Shown: piece by piece, positions 1-8,450 of the stretch
How the letters are laid out: each line of letters opens with the position of its first letter
How positions within the stretch are numbered: position 1 is the first letter of the stretch
DNA from: Oscillospiraceae bacterium
GTDB lineage: Bacteria > Bacillota > Clostridia > Oscillospirales > CAG-272
DNA length: 59,506 nucleotides
Direction of reading: 5' to 3'
Assembly: GCA_015063395.1 (NCBI GenBank)
Contig: SVUF01000002.1
Location: 1-59,506 of the forward strand
The notes under the pieces: model-generated
Seen by the model: the letters and a program-made list of their open reading frames with translations, nothing else
The model's database searches: none
Told to the model about the DNA's origin: nothing
Position numbers and translations under genes: made by a program

Positions 1-68
1 TATGAGTGCGCCTTTTAGGAAATTACTTAATTTTGAAGTAGAAAAATTTCAAAAAAGGCGCACTCATA
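1..68. repeat. 16-bp perfect inverted repeat (TATGAGTGCGCCTTTT / AAAAGGCGCACTCATA) around a 36-nt AT-rich loop, at the window edge
   Basis: Arms at 1..16 and 53..68 are exact reverse complements. The loop sequence recurs at 25037..25076. Confidence 0.6.
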
Positions 69-108
69 TGGAATTTTGCTTTCCACTGCAGTTGTGGACT
101 GCTTTTTA

Positions 109-855
109 TCAAATTGTCACTTGTCTGTAAAATTCAAGTGAGGAAAAACCACGGTCAAGCTGGTACAGAATATACCCCTCTGCCGCCTTTGAGAATACAT
201 ACAAATCATTTTCTTCAAGATTAAAAGCGAGTATGCGTTTTATATCGCATGAAATAACGTAGCGCATGGCATCAATGACGGTTTTGTAAAGCTGTATACC
301 GAACGCCGAGTTTTTACTGCACTCGGAGCATACAAGTCCCCCCGCCTCATAGTCAAGATAATCAGCCTTTTCCTCTGAACACTCACTGCATATTCCCTCA
401 AGATTCGGCTCAAAGCCAAGTATCATCGCCGCTCTTACCTCAAACACGGCTTTGATCATCGGTACTTCCCTGACCCCTTCGCAAATGGCATGAAATGTAT
501 TAAGGGCAAGGCGCATCATATCACTTTCGTCATTACCCTCACAGCACACAGCCATGAGAAACTCCGAAATATAAATTGCAAGAGCATTGGAAGCAAGTCC
601 TCTTTGAGCTGAATAAAAATACCTTATAAGTGAAGCACTTTTCAGTGTATAGCCGTCACCCTTTTCCGTAAGCTCAAGCTCCGAATATGCAAAGGGCTGT
701 GTTGCGGCAAAGTTTTTGTTCTTGATGCTGAGAGCTCCGTAGGCATACACCTTAATGATTCCCCTCTCAGCACTCAGCACCGTCATGATCTTATTGTATT
801 CCTTGTGCTGAATCTCCCCAAGAACAAGCCCCTGTACTACAATGCTTTTACTCAT
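109..855 (-). CDS. recO: DNA repair protein RecO
   Basis: 248 aa. N-terminal OB-fold-like region, C-terminal CxxC...CxxC zinc module (CSECSEE...CSECSKN). Conserved position directly after era. Confidence 0.9.
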   Translation of the reverse strand: MSKSIVVQGLVLGEIQHKEYNKIMTVLSAERGIIKVYAYGALSIKNKNFAATQPFAYSELELTEKGDGYTLKSASLIRYFYSAQRGLASNALAIYISEFLMAVCCEGNDESDMMRLALNTFHAICEGVREVPMIKAVFEVRAAMILGFEPNLEGICSECSEEKADYLDYEAGGLVCSECSKNSAFGIQLYKTVIDAMRYVISCDIKRILAFNLEENDLYVFSKAAEGYILYQLDRGFSSLEFYRQVTI

Positions 856-1741
856 CTATGGATTTTTTGTCGTATCCGAAATTATTCACCATAAGATCGG
901 ATTCGCGCCAATTTTCCTTTACCTTTACCCAAAGATCGAGGAAAACCTTTACACCAAAGAATTTTTCCATATCCTCTCTTGCATAAGTACCGATCTTTTT
1001 CAGCATTTCACCGTGATTTCCGATGATTATTCTCTTATGTGACTCTCTTTCGCAAAAGATCTCTGCGCGAACGGACAAAAGATCCTTCTTTTCCTTGAAT
1101 TCCTCAATAACCACCGCGCTTCCGTGGGGGATCTCATCATCAAGGAGGCGGAGCAGCTTTTCTCTGATGATCTCGGAAACGATCTTTCTTTCGGACTGGT
1201 CTGTAAGCTCATCCTCATCAAAGAGCCACTCTCCGTCATGGAGAAGCTTTTCTGCCTCCATGAGAAGTATATCAGTTCCATCGTCCTTGAGAGCTGACAT
1301 TGGAACCACCGCTGCAAAATCAAACAGCTCGCTGTATGCCTTTATGCAGTCGCCCACCTTCACAGCGCCTGAACGGTCGATCTTGTTTATTACAAGAATT
1401 GCGGGGATATCGATTCTCTTGAATCTCTTCATCAGTGTCATTTCGATCTCACCTGGAGCATATTCGGGATCAACCACCAAAAAAGCGGCGTCCACGCTGT
1501 CAAGAGTACCGTTTATAGACTTCACCATGTAGTTTCCAAGCTTTGTTCTTGGATTATGCATTCCGGGTGTATCCATAAATACGAACTGATCTTCACCCTT
1601 GGTCAGTATTCCCGTGATCCTGTTTCTTGTGGTCTGGGGCTTTTTTGATACAATGGCGATCTTTTCACCAACAAGTGTATTGAGAAGGGTGGATTTTCCC
1701 ACATTCGGTCTTCCTACAATTGCTATAAATCCTGTTTTCAT
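848..1741 (-). CDS. era: GTPase Era
   Basis: G1 motif GRPNVGKST, DTPG, NKID, C-terminal KH domain. 8-nt overlap with recO. Confidence 0.96.
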   Translation of the reverse strand: MKTGFIAIVGRPNVGKSTLLNTLVGEKIAIVSKKPQTTRNRITGILTKGEDQFVFMDTPGMHNPRTKLGNYMVKSINGTLDSVDAAFLVVDPEYAPGEIEMTLMKRFKRIDIPAILVINKIDRSGAVKVGDCIKAYSELFDFAAVVPMSALKDDGTDILLMEAEKLLHDGEWLFDEDELTDQSERKIVSEIIREKLLRLLDDEIPHGSAVVIEEFKEKKDLLSVRAEIFCERESHKRIIIGNHGEMLKKIGTYAREDMEKFFGVKVFLDLWVKVKENWRESDLMVNNFGYDKKSIDE

Positions 1742-1759
1742 TACTATTTTTACCGTCCT

Positions 1760-2236
1760 TTATATTCCAAGCATTCCAATTACAATATCCTGTATTCCAA
1801 ACATTTCCTTTTCGTCCTCTGGTGATGTTTCGTGATCATATCCCAAAAGGTGAAGGGTTGAATGAATGGTGAGGAATGATACCTCTCGAATGAGGCTTTG
1901 ATCGTATTCTATCGCCTGCGCATGAGCTTTCTCGAGGGATATTACAATATCTCCAAGGACAAGGGGAAAGAAGGAAGAGCCGTCATCGGGAAGCTCCTCG
2001 TCGGAATCCCAATCTATGAGGGGAAAGGAAAGCACATCGGTGGGTGCATCCTTTTCTCTGTACTGCTTGTTGAGCAGGTGGATCTTTTCGTTGTCTGTGA
2101 AGGTTACGGAAACCTCGGTCATACGTCTTACGTCCACATATTCAAGAGTTGCTCTGATCGCACGTCTCACTGCCTTTTTAAGCGCAGGGGTTATCAGATA
2201 TTTACTCTGTTCATTTTTGAAATATACTTCTACCAT
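1760..2236 (-). CDS. ybeY: rRNA maturation endoribonuclease YbeY
   Basis: 158 aa with the HSTLHLLGYDH metal-binding motif. Lies between phoH and era as in Bacillus. Confidence 0.94.
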   Translation of the reverse strand: MVEVYFKNEQSKYLITPALKKAVRRAIRATLEYVDVRRMTEVSVTFTDNEKIHLLNKQYREKDAPTDVLSFPLIDWDSDEELPDDGSSFFPLVLGDIVISLEKAHAQAIEYDQSLIREVSFLTIHSTLHLLGYDHETSPEDEKEMFGIQDIVIGMLGI

Positions 2237-2248
2237 TTTAATCTCCTG

Positions 2249-3286
2249 TTATTTTCTTTTAAATTTGATTTTTTTCACTTCACTGCTCCGAGGCTTTTTT
2301 TCCTCCGCAGGAATATTGCTTTTTTCAAATTTTTCGTATGCAAGTATGATCTTTTGCACAAGCCTGTGTCTGACAACGTCCTTGTCGGTAAACTGATGAA
2401 TGGCTATATCATCTATTCCGTCAAGTATTCCGATTGCCTGACGCAGACCGCTTTTCTGTCCTCGCGGCAGATCCGTCTGAGTAACATCACCTGTGACCAC
2501 AGCCTTTGAACCAAATCCGAGACGGGTCAAGAACATCTTCATCTGCTCGGGAGTTGTGTTCTGCGCCTCATCAAGAATTATAAACGAATCATCAAGCGTA
2601 CGTCCCCTCATATAAGCCAAGGGAGCGATCTCAATTGTTCCCTTCTCAAGATATCTTGCATAATTGTCAGATCCGAGCATTTCAAAAAGAGCGTCATAAA
2701 GAGGTCTCAAATAGGGATCGATCTTGTTTTGAAGGTCTCCCGGAAGATATCCAAGCTTCTCCCCCGCTTCAACTGCGGGACGGGTGAGAATGATCCTTGA
2801 GATCTGCTTGTTTTTAAGAGCGGTCACCGCCATGGCTACCGCAAGAAAGGTTTTTCCTGTTCCTGCAGGTCCAACACCGAAGACCACCGTATTGTTCTTT
2901 ATCTTTTCAACATATCTTTTCTGCCCCACGGTTTTTGCCTTGATGGGCTTTCCCTTGTTTGTGACGCAAATACAATCTCCGTCAAGCATTGAAAGCTCAT
3001 CGCTTTGACCGCCTGCAGCCATGGATACTGCATACTCAACCCTGTTTTTAGATATATTGTCCTCAAGCACCGACAGCTTCTTAAGATATGCTATAACCTC
3101 TGCCGCCATTTGTATATCCTCGGGCTCTCCCGAAATACAAATGGCATTACCGGCAGTTTTTTCGCTGTCCTTATTTGTTATTCTGACCTTAAACGCATCT
3201 TCGATGACCTTGATGTTCTCATCATAGGGACCAAAGATCTTTGTGGTCATTTCAAAGGTATCACTGAGAATGATTCTTTCTGCCAT
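2249..3286 (-). CDS. phoH: PhoH-like ATPase
   Basis: Walker A GPAGTGKTFLA and Walker B IILDEAQN. Conserved yqfD-phoH-ybeY synteny. Confidence 0.93.
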   Translation of the reverse strand: MAERIILSDTFEMTTKIFGPYDENIKVIEDAFKVRITNKDSEKTAGNAICISGEPEDIQMAAEVIAYLKKLSVLEDNISKNRVEYAVSMAAGGQSDELSMLDGDCICVTNKGKPIKAKTVGQKRYVEKIKNNTVVFGVGPAGTGKTFLAVAMAVTALKNKQISRIILTRPAVEAGEKLGYLPGDLQNKIDPYLRPLYDALFEMLGSDNYARYLEKGTIEIAPLAYMRGRTLDDSFIILDEAQNTTPEQMKMFLTRLGFGSKAVVTGDVTQTDLPRGQKSGLRQAIGILDGIDDIAIHQFTDKDVVRHRLVQKIILAYEKFEKSNIPAEEKKPRSSEVKKIKFKRK

Positions 3287-3297
3287 ATTTTCTTTCC

Positions 3298-4506
3298 TTA
3301 TGTTTTTTCTTTTTCTTCGCCGCCCGTGTTCTCTCTGACTGACAAAACCTCTTCCGATATTTCAACAATACAGTACACATTTGCTTCAATAACATAGCAA
3401 TTGTTCTCTGTATATTCCTTTTTCTCGATCCTCAGCACATCTGCGCCCTCAAGCTCGGAGAAAAAGGATTTCTCAAATTCAATTTCAGCCGCCGTTTTTG
3501 CTTCGTCCTCTGTGAAGGTACGAGGCTTTTTCTCTTTTTGGACCGCATATATTTCTCTTATCACTAATGGCAATTCCGTTTTGTCAGGAAGTGTTAATTT
3601 TCGGCTTTCCTCTATTATATCACAACTCCCATCAAAATTTCCACTGTTTTTTAAAAGATTTATTTCAAATCCTAAAAAATTTACGTATTTTTTTACAAGC
3701 TGTTTTGATACAAGTGACTCTTCCTCCGTTTCCATGGGCTGCTTCACGTATATTCTCTTTACGACCTTGGCAAATACCCTTCCCTTGCTTTTGGTGATGA
3801 TCTCTCCCTTTTCTCCCTTTTCCCAGCCTGAAACAAGGATCTGACCCTTTGTCACCGTTTCTCCGATGGAGGCCTTGGCAATTCCCGATGACACCTCGAA
3901 ACGATATATCTGACCCTCCACAGTTGCCACAAGATCGGTTGGCCCCTCTGTCAGAACTTCCTTATCCTTCTCGTTTCCATCAAATTCCCGTACCTCCACA
4001 TATGCAACATTACCCATCATGTTTACAAATATCCACGAAATATCTCCGTACCCAATGGGAACCTTATTGGACAGCTCGTCAAAATCAATTGACGGAATGT
4101 AGCTCCCCACTCCAAATCCGGAATTTGATAGAGCATCCATTATATATTTGTCCGACAGTCTGCTGTTTCCGTTTACCTTTATATCAAATACAAAGCTGCC
4201 ATAAAAGCACATCGACAATGTAAATACTGCCATTCCAACAATAATTCCGGGTCTTTTCAGCAGCCGTAAAAATAAGGTGGGAAGTCCTTGGCGTTTTTTT
4301 ATCCTGACGGTGTACCCCATGGACTTGAAATACCTTTTCACCCCCATGCTTTTATACAGGGGAAGCTTTATCTCAACGCCACCACAATTCACCAAAAGAT
4401 CGGAATATTCCACCCCTTTCAGCTCCAAAAGGTTTAGTATATCCTCCACTTTCCCCCATATCTCAACAGTATCCACCCCTATGAGCAGCCATGACGGTAC
4501 CGACAT
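3298..4506 (-). CDS. yqfD: Sporulation protein YqfD (stage IV)
   Basis: One TM segment after a basic stretch, YqfD-like layout, follows yqfC. I prefer ATG at 4506 (GAGGTG RBS, 1 nt after the yqfC stop). The ORF track uses TTG at 4524. Confidence 0.85.
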   Translation of the reverse strand: MSVPSWLLIGVDTVEIWGKVEDILNLLELKGVEYSDLLVNCGGVEIKLPLYKSMGVKRYFKSMGYTVRIKKRQGLPTLFLRLLKRPGIIVGMAVFTLSMCFYGSFVFDIKVNGNSRLSDKYIMDALSNSGFGVGSYIPSIDFDELSNKVPIGYGDISWIFVNMMGNVAYVEVREFDGNEKDKEVLTEGPTDLVATVEGQIYRFEVSSGIAKASIGETVTKGQILVSGWEKGEKGEIITKSKGRVFAKVVKRIYVKQPMETEEESLVSKQLVKKYVNFLGFEINLLKNSGNFDGSCDIIEESRKLTLPDKTELPLVIREIYAVQKEKKPRTFTEDEAKTAAEIEFEKSFFSELEGADVLRIEKKEYTENNCYVIEANVYCIVEISEEVLSVRENTGGEEKEKT

Positions 4507-4507
4507 G

Positions 4508-4795
4508 TTACACCTCGCACTCAAAAAATTCGGTTTTGTCGATCCTGCCCGAAATGATCATTCTTCCGCCAAAATAATTTTTAAGTGTGAGTCCCGCACC
4601 CGTGATCCTCATAACTCCGTCGCACAGGCGTATCTGTATAAGCTCATCGCGGTATATCTGAAGCCCCATACATCCGCACACCTCAATTTTTTGTCTTCCC
4701 GTCATACTGGTCATTGATGTTTTGCCAAAAAAACGCTTTTCCTTTCGCAATATAAGATCCTTTTCGTTATCAATTTTTCTGTACTGCAGCATCAA
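4508..4795 (-). CDS. yqfC: Sporulation protein YqfC
   Basis: 95 aa, YqfC-like beta-rich protein immediately upstream of yqfD. Confidence 0.85.
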   Translation of the reverse strand: MMLQYRKIDNEKDLILRKEKRFFGKTSMTSMTGRQKIEVCGCMGLQIYRDELIQIRLCDGVMRITGAGLTLKNYFGGRMIISGRIDKTEFFECEV

Positions 4796-4861
4796 GAATA
4801 TTTCCTCCGTTTTTCAAATAACATATTATAAAACTTTTATCTTATATTATGCGGAGATGCT

Positions 4862-5875
4862 GTGAATAATTACGCAAATAATGTCGCCCAAAAACACAGG
4901 GCAAAAAAATCAAGAGGCAAGAATATCGTATATGCAGCTGTTTGCATTATTGTATTTTTATGCTTCGTTTGGCTCCTGATAAACCCGGATACCGTATCAA
5001 AGCTTTCACAAAAAGGTGAAGCCATGGCAGTTTTTTCAGTGCTGCCCTCCACATTTCCATATCTTGTCCTTTCGGGGTTCATCATCAAAGGAGGAATTGC
5101 AAGTGCCATTGGAAAAAGTCTTTCTCCTGTTTCAAAATTCTATAATCTCCCCTCCGACTCTATTTGCATACTGTTCATTTCCCTGATATCCGGCTTCCCC
5201 GTTCCATCAGCGATGGCTTACAGTCTTTACCGCCAAGGAAAGCTATCCTCAAAAAGTGCTGAGGATATCTGCGGCTTTTGCTCCTTTTGCGGTCCGCCAT
5301 TTATAATTTCACTGTTCGGTGCAAGGATCATGAAGGATCTTTCTGCGGGAATCGTTTTATTTGTCGTTCAGTGCGTCCTCGCCATGATTTTGGGAAAGAT
5401 CCTTACACTCTCAAAGGGAAGCTCAACCGCGTATCTCTCAAATAGTCTGCCAAAAGAAAAAAACAGCACCGATCCGTCTCTTGATACGATCATATGCCAA
5501 AGCATATCCGAGGGCGGTATATCGATGCTTAAAATCATTAGCTTTGTAATCTTTTTTTCTGTTTTTTCAGGCTTCATCGAAAGTCTATTGCTTTTCCTTT
5601 TTCCCGATATCTCAAAGATCATTTTAAGTATAATAAAAGGCTTTTTGGAAATATCATCGGGTGTTCTCGGTCTTGAAAATTTGGATATATCGGAAAAGCT
5701 GAAATTCATTTTAGGCAGCTTATATATATATTGGTCGGGAATATCCGTATTTTTTCAAGTCTCGTCAAGCACCGAAGGCTTTTTTTCCATGAAAAAATAT
5801 TTGCTTGGCAGGATCTTTATGATACTGCTGGGCGTGCCAATTGCTTATCTGATTTATTTTTATATACTGCAGTGA
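4862..5875 (+). CDS. Polytopic membrane protein, YlbJ-like (sporulation integral membrane / nucleoside-recognition family)
   Basis: 337 aa, GTG start, multiple TM helices, N-terminal VLPSTFPYLVLSGFI resembles YlbJ. Shorter than Bacillus YlbJ. Confidence 0.6.
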   Translation: MNNYANNVAQKHRAKKSRGKNIVYAAVCIIVFLCFVWLLINPDTVSKLSQKGEAMAVFSVLPSTFPYLVLSGFIIKGGIASAIGKSLSPVSKFYNLPSDSICILFISLISGFPVPSAMAYSLYRQGKLSSKSAEDICGFCSFCGPPFIISLFGARIMKDLSAGIVLFVVQCVLAMILGKILTLSKGSSTAYLSNSLPKEKNSTDPSLDTIICQSISEGGISMLKIISFVIFFSVFSGFIESLLLFLFPDISKIILSIIKGFLEISSGVLGLENLDISEKLKFILGSLYIYWSGISVFFQVSSSTEGFFSMKKYLLGRIFMILLGVPIAYLIYFYILQ

Positions 5876-7207
5876 TCATTTTCTCGGGCTCTTTATCTGA
5901 ACTCTCATGCACATATATCTGGTTTCGTCCGCAATGTGATCCTCAAGGCAGGTATCAACATCCTCGGGAACATGGGGATCATAGGTCAGCGTTGGCACAG
6001 TACGAATAAAGGACCTGCAGGTATCAAAAATATACATCATGGGAATGCCGTCACTGTCAAACTGAAGTCTCACATGAAGCTGCATCCACCCCGGAATTCT
6101 TTTGTTGTCGCCTTTGTCAAAAAACACTCCGTGCCTCTCGGCAATTTCCGCAATGGACTCACCTCCCGATTTTTCCCATATGGCAGGGTCGGCAACTCCG
6201 TAAATATCCCTTGCCCGAAGGTACGGATGCTCTCTTTCCGTTCTGGCAATCTCCGTAAATATCTTGTCGGGAGACCATTTCACTCCTGTATCAGCGCTAT
6301 CCTTTACACATCCGTAAAGCTCAAGTATGCGGTAAAGCCTTCCGTCATGATCCACAGCCCACCATCCGCAAGAAAAGGGCTTTGAATATCCAAAGTCAAA
6401 GGATCTGTATATTCTCCATGAAAGCGGCGGATTAAATGCCTTGATCACATGGCTGAACCTTCTGTCAACATAATGCTGCGGATCATCACGGAACTCCTCA
6501 AACACCTGCCCCTCATATACATTCCAATCCCCTTCAAGATGCGCCTTTCTCTTGGCAGGCGGTAATGCCTCAAGCATTTTGATGTATTCGGGATTGGAGT
6601 TCATCAAGATGTCATTGTCATACACCTTTGCAGGAATGAAAACATAGTCATTTGGGTTTTCCCCTTCCTTGAACCTTCTGTCAATGAAAAGCCTTTTTAT
6701 ATATGAATGTCCGATCCCGCCGGGATTACAGGTATAATATATACGGGGCTTAAAATCCTGTCTCACTGTTCGAAGCGAAGTGGAGATAAAGGTGATCCAT
6801 TCCGGCTTGAAGTTTGTCGCCTCCTCAAAGCCTATCACATCATATTCCGCTCCTTGATACTGAAGCTGATCTCCGTCATTGTCACAATACCCAAGCTCAA
6901 GACGCGATCCGTTTGGAAATACAAAGGCCTTTTCGCTCATTTTATATACCGCATATCCGTTTAACTCCTGCATCAACGGCAAAATATGATTTTTCCTCAG
7001 CTCTGTCATAGTCCTTCGAAGAAGCAACAATCTTAGAGCGGGATACCTTATGGCAAGAAGTATAAATTTTCTTCTCATTGCCCAAGACTTTCCGCCGCCT
7101 CTTGCACCGCCGTAAGCAGTATGCATTACACTCGATCTGAAAAATTCCTCTTGACGAGGATTGGGTCTTTGATTTCTGAGCCGAGCTTCAAGTGTTGCCT
7201 TTGACAT
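5876..7207 (-). CDS. terL: Phage terminase large subunit (intact)
   Basis: 443 aa. Walker A GGARGGGKS, Walker B/catalytic Glu YDVIGFEEA, coupling motif TCNPGG, nuclease acidic motifs SFDFGYS / GVADPA / EDHIADE. Confidence 0.9.
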   Translation of the reverse strand: MSKATLEARLRNQRPNPRQEEFFRSSVMHTAYGGARGGGKSWAMRRKFILLAIRYPALRLLLLRRTMTELRKNHILPLMQELNGYAVYKMSEKAFVFPNGSRLELGYCDNDGDQLQYQGAEYDVIGFEEATNFKPEWITFISTSLRTVRQDFKPRIYYTCNPGGIGHSYIKRLFIDRRFKEGENPNDYVFIPAKVYDNDILMNSNPEYIKMLEALPPAKRKAHLEGDWNVYEGQVFEEFRDDPQHYVDRRFSHVIKAFNPPLSWRIYRSFDFGYSKPFSCGWWAVDHDGRLYRILELYGCVKDSADTGVKWSPDKIFTEIARTEREHPYLRARDIYGVADPAIWEKSGGESIAEIAERHGVFFDKGDNKRIPGWMQLHVRLQFDSDGIPMMYIFDTCRSFIRTVPTLTYDPHVPEDVDTCLEDHIADETRYMCMRVQIKSPRK

Positions 7208-7459
7208 TTATTTGCTCCATTCCTCTAAATCTCCGTCAAGGACGATTTCTAAGTCTTCAGTATTATCTCCGCAAGCAGTTTGCTTTGAGGTGGGCTTTCC
7301 AAACTCCATTTCTGCAAACCATTTCCAAATGTCCGCACGAAGCTTCTGGGGTGTTAAATCGTCATCCGCTATCATCGCAAGCTTCTCTATACTGTCAGCG
7401 CCAAATTTATGAAGCGCCTTTTCAACCTTGGATATTCTTTTTTTGCTCGTTTTTGCCAT
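7208..7459 (-). CDS. Small phage protein resembling the C-terminal part of a terminase small subunit
   Basis: 83 aa, strong RBS GGAGGGAAG, motif FGKPTSKQ typical of TerS-like proteins, directly precedes terL. No N-terminal HTH. Confidence 0.5.
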   Translation of the reverse strand: MAKTSKKRISKVEKALHKFGADSIEKLAMIADDDLTPQKLRADIWKWFAEMEFGKPTSKQTACGDNTEDLEIVLDGDLEEWSK

Positions 7460-7682
7460 CTTCCCTCCGCTTAATCAAATAATACTCATCATCCTCGCTG
7501 ATCTCATACCTGTATGCAAGTGCTTCCTTAACCTTTTTCTTGCTGATCCTTCCGTCATTGCCTGCCATACATATGGCAAGGCACATATTCACAAGTTCAG
7601 TGTATATCTCCAATCTTTCCTCAAGATTCTTGATCTTTCTTTCGCGCCAAGCGATCATATAATCAAGCTTTTTCTTATTCAT
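7422..7682 (-). CDS. Hypothetical small coiled-coil protein
   Basis: I prefer the internal ATG at 7682 (RBS GGAGGTAAAA, ATGA-type overlap with the upstream ORF stop). The ORF track extends to 7781. Confidence 0.5.
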   Translation of the reverse strand: MNKKKLDYMIAWRERKIKNLEERLEIYTELVNMCLAICMAGNDGRISKKKVKEALAYRYEISEDDEYYLIKRREDGKNEQKKNIQG

Positions 7683-7959
7683 TTTTACCTCCGCTGAATT
7701 TTGTCGGTCTACCCAAATTTCCTTCTTTTTTCTTTCGCTTTGCAAAGGTCTGTATATCCTGTCCGTCATAGAGGCGTTCATAATAATCCTCCATAACTGT
7801 ATAAACCGTACAGTGCTTGTATCCGCATTCCTCGTTACAGCAATATGTATTCAAACATTTTTTCTTTGACGCTTTGTCAGGATACTTCACTGTAGCCCCT
7901 TCGCAAAAAAGCATTTCTCCTCTGTCGTATAAATAATAAGGACAAGTTCCTACAAGCAT
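7675..7959 (-). CDS. Hypothetical Cys-rich small protein; its C-terminus (GRPTKF) looks like the start of a TerS
   Basis: 94 aa with 8 Cys (CPYY, FCEG, CLNTYCCNEECGYKHC). TAATG overlap with the upstream ORF. Confidence 0.45.
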   Translation of the reverse strand: MLVGTCPYYLYDRGEMLFCEGATVKYPDKASKKKCLNTYCCNEECGYKHCTVYTVMEDYYERLYDGQDIQTFAKRKKKEGNLGRPTKFSGGKNE

Positions 7960-8222
7960 TATAATTCTCCTTTTCCTTCACATATCATTTTTTCCATATA
8001 TTCCAATGAATCCTCATAGTCGATGCACACATCACAACCGATTATCCGCAAGGGGTCGTCTATTTTAAAATACACCCTCTCACATTCCTCCCGGCAAACA
8101 GGACATCTTATAATACATTCCTTATTTGTCATGTCAAGGCACCGTGCTTCGCTTATCATGGGATGCTCAATATTATCCGTATTCAAATACCAAAATCTCC
8201 TCCTTATGTTCGTATTAGACAC
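7959..8222 (-). CDS. Hypothetical zinc-ribbon small protein (first gene of the leftward operon)
   Basis: CPVC...CDVC pairs. Start uncertain: GTG at 8222, or TTG at 8186 after the AAGGAGG RBS. Confidence 0.45.
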   Translation of the reverse strand: MSNTNIRRRFWYLNTDNIEHPMISEARCLDMTNKECIIRCPVCREECERVYFKIDDPLRIIGCDVCIDYEDSLEYMEKMICEGKGEL

Positions 8223-8271
8223 TTTATTACTGTGTAAGTCTTAACCGATTTTGAATTCCTTTAGCATTTAT

Positions 8272-8286
8272 GTTCGTTTATCGAAC
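8272..8286. promoter_or_regulatory. Candidate operator: palindrome GTTCG-TTTAT-CGAAC just downstream of the leftward -10
   Basis: Perfect 5+5 inverted repeat. The same CGAAC/GTTCG half-sites recur at 8363..8387. Confidence 0.45.
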
Positions 8287-8295
8287 CTATGCCCT

Positions 8296-8325
8296 ATTGT
8301 ACAACGAGAATATATGTTTTGTCAA
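8296..8325 (-). promoter_or_regulatory. Leftward sigma-A-type promoter (TTGACA, 18 nt, TACAAT)
   Basis: Read on the minus strand: -35 at 8320..8325, -10 at 8296..8301. Confidence 0.5.
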
Positions 8326-8362
8326 TAACAAAAGTCGAGTTTTTTAAAATATTTGTTAAAAT

Positions 8363-8403
8363 TTCGAACATCTATTGAAAGTTCGAAAAACTCACGCTAT
8401 AAT
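8363..8403 (+). promoter_or_regulatory. Rightward repressor promoter (TTGAAA, 17 nt, TATAAT) overlapped by TTCGAAC ... GTTCGAA half-sites
   Basis: -35 at 8375..8380, -10 at 8398..8403. Half-sites at 8363..8369 and 8381..8387. Confidence 0.55.
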
Positions 8404-8450
8404 ATAAGCAGATAAGAAGTTATTTTAACTAATTTTGTCGGAGGTGAAAC

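Noticed and set aside
1023-1532. 169-aa ORF (and several similar Ser/Leu-rich ORFs, e.g. 1898..2509, 17104..17556, 18059..18499, 18922..19485, 47398..48027, 52702..53241) on the strand opposite well-supported genes
   Set aside because: They lie entirely antisense to or overlapping era, ybeY, dnaJ, nifU, nifS, map and rplE, whose products have clear family motifs. They have no RBS and a low-complexity composition typical of shadow ORFs.
8331-8340. Shared 10-mer AAAGTCGAGT at 8331..8340 and 20305..20314 as a possible common regulatory site
   Set aside because: A single shared 10-mer in about 60 kb read on both strands is expected by chance many times over. No surrounding similarity supports it.
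8272-8387. Possibility that the CGAAC/GTTCG sites are canonical host LexA (Cheo) boxes and that the 206-aa protein is the host LexA
   Set aside because: No CGAAC-N4-GTTCG arrangement is present. The protein has an XRE-type HTH rather than the LexA winged helix. I therefore treat it as a cI-like element repressor, although cross-regulation cannot be excluded.
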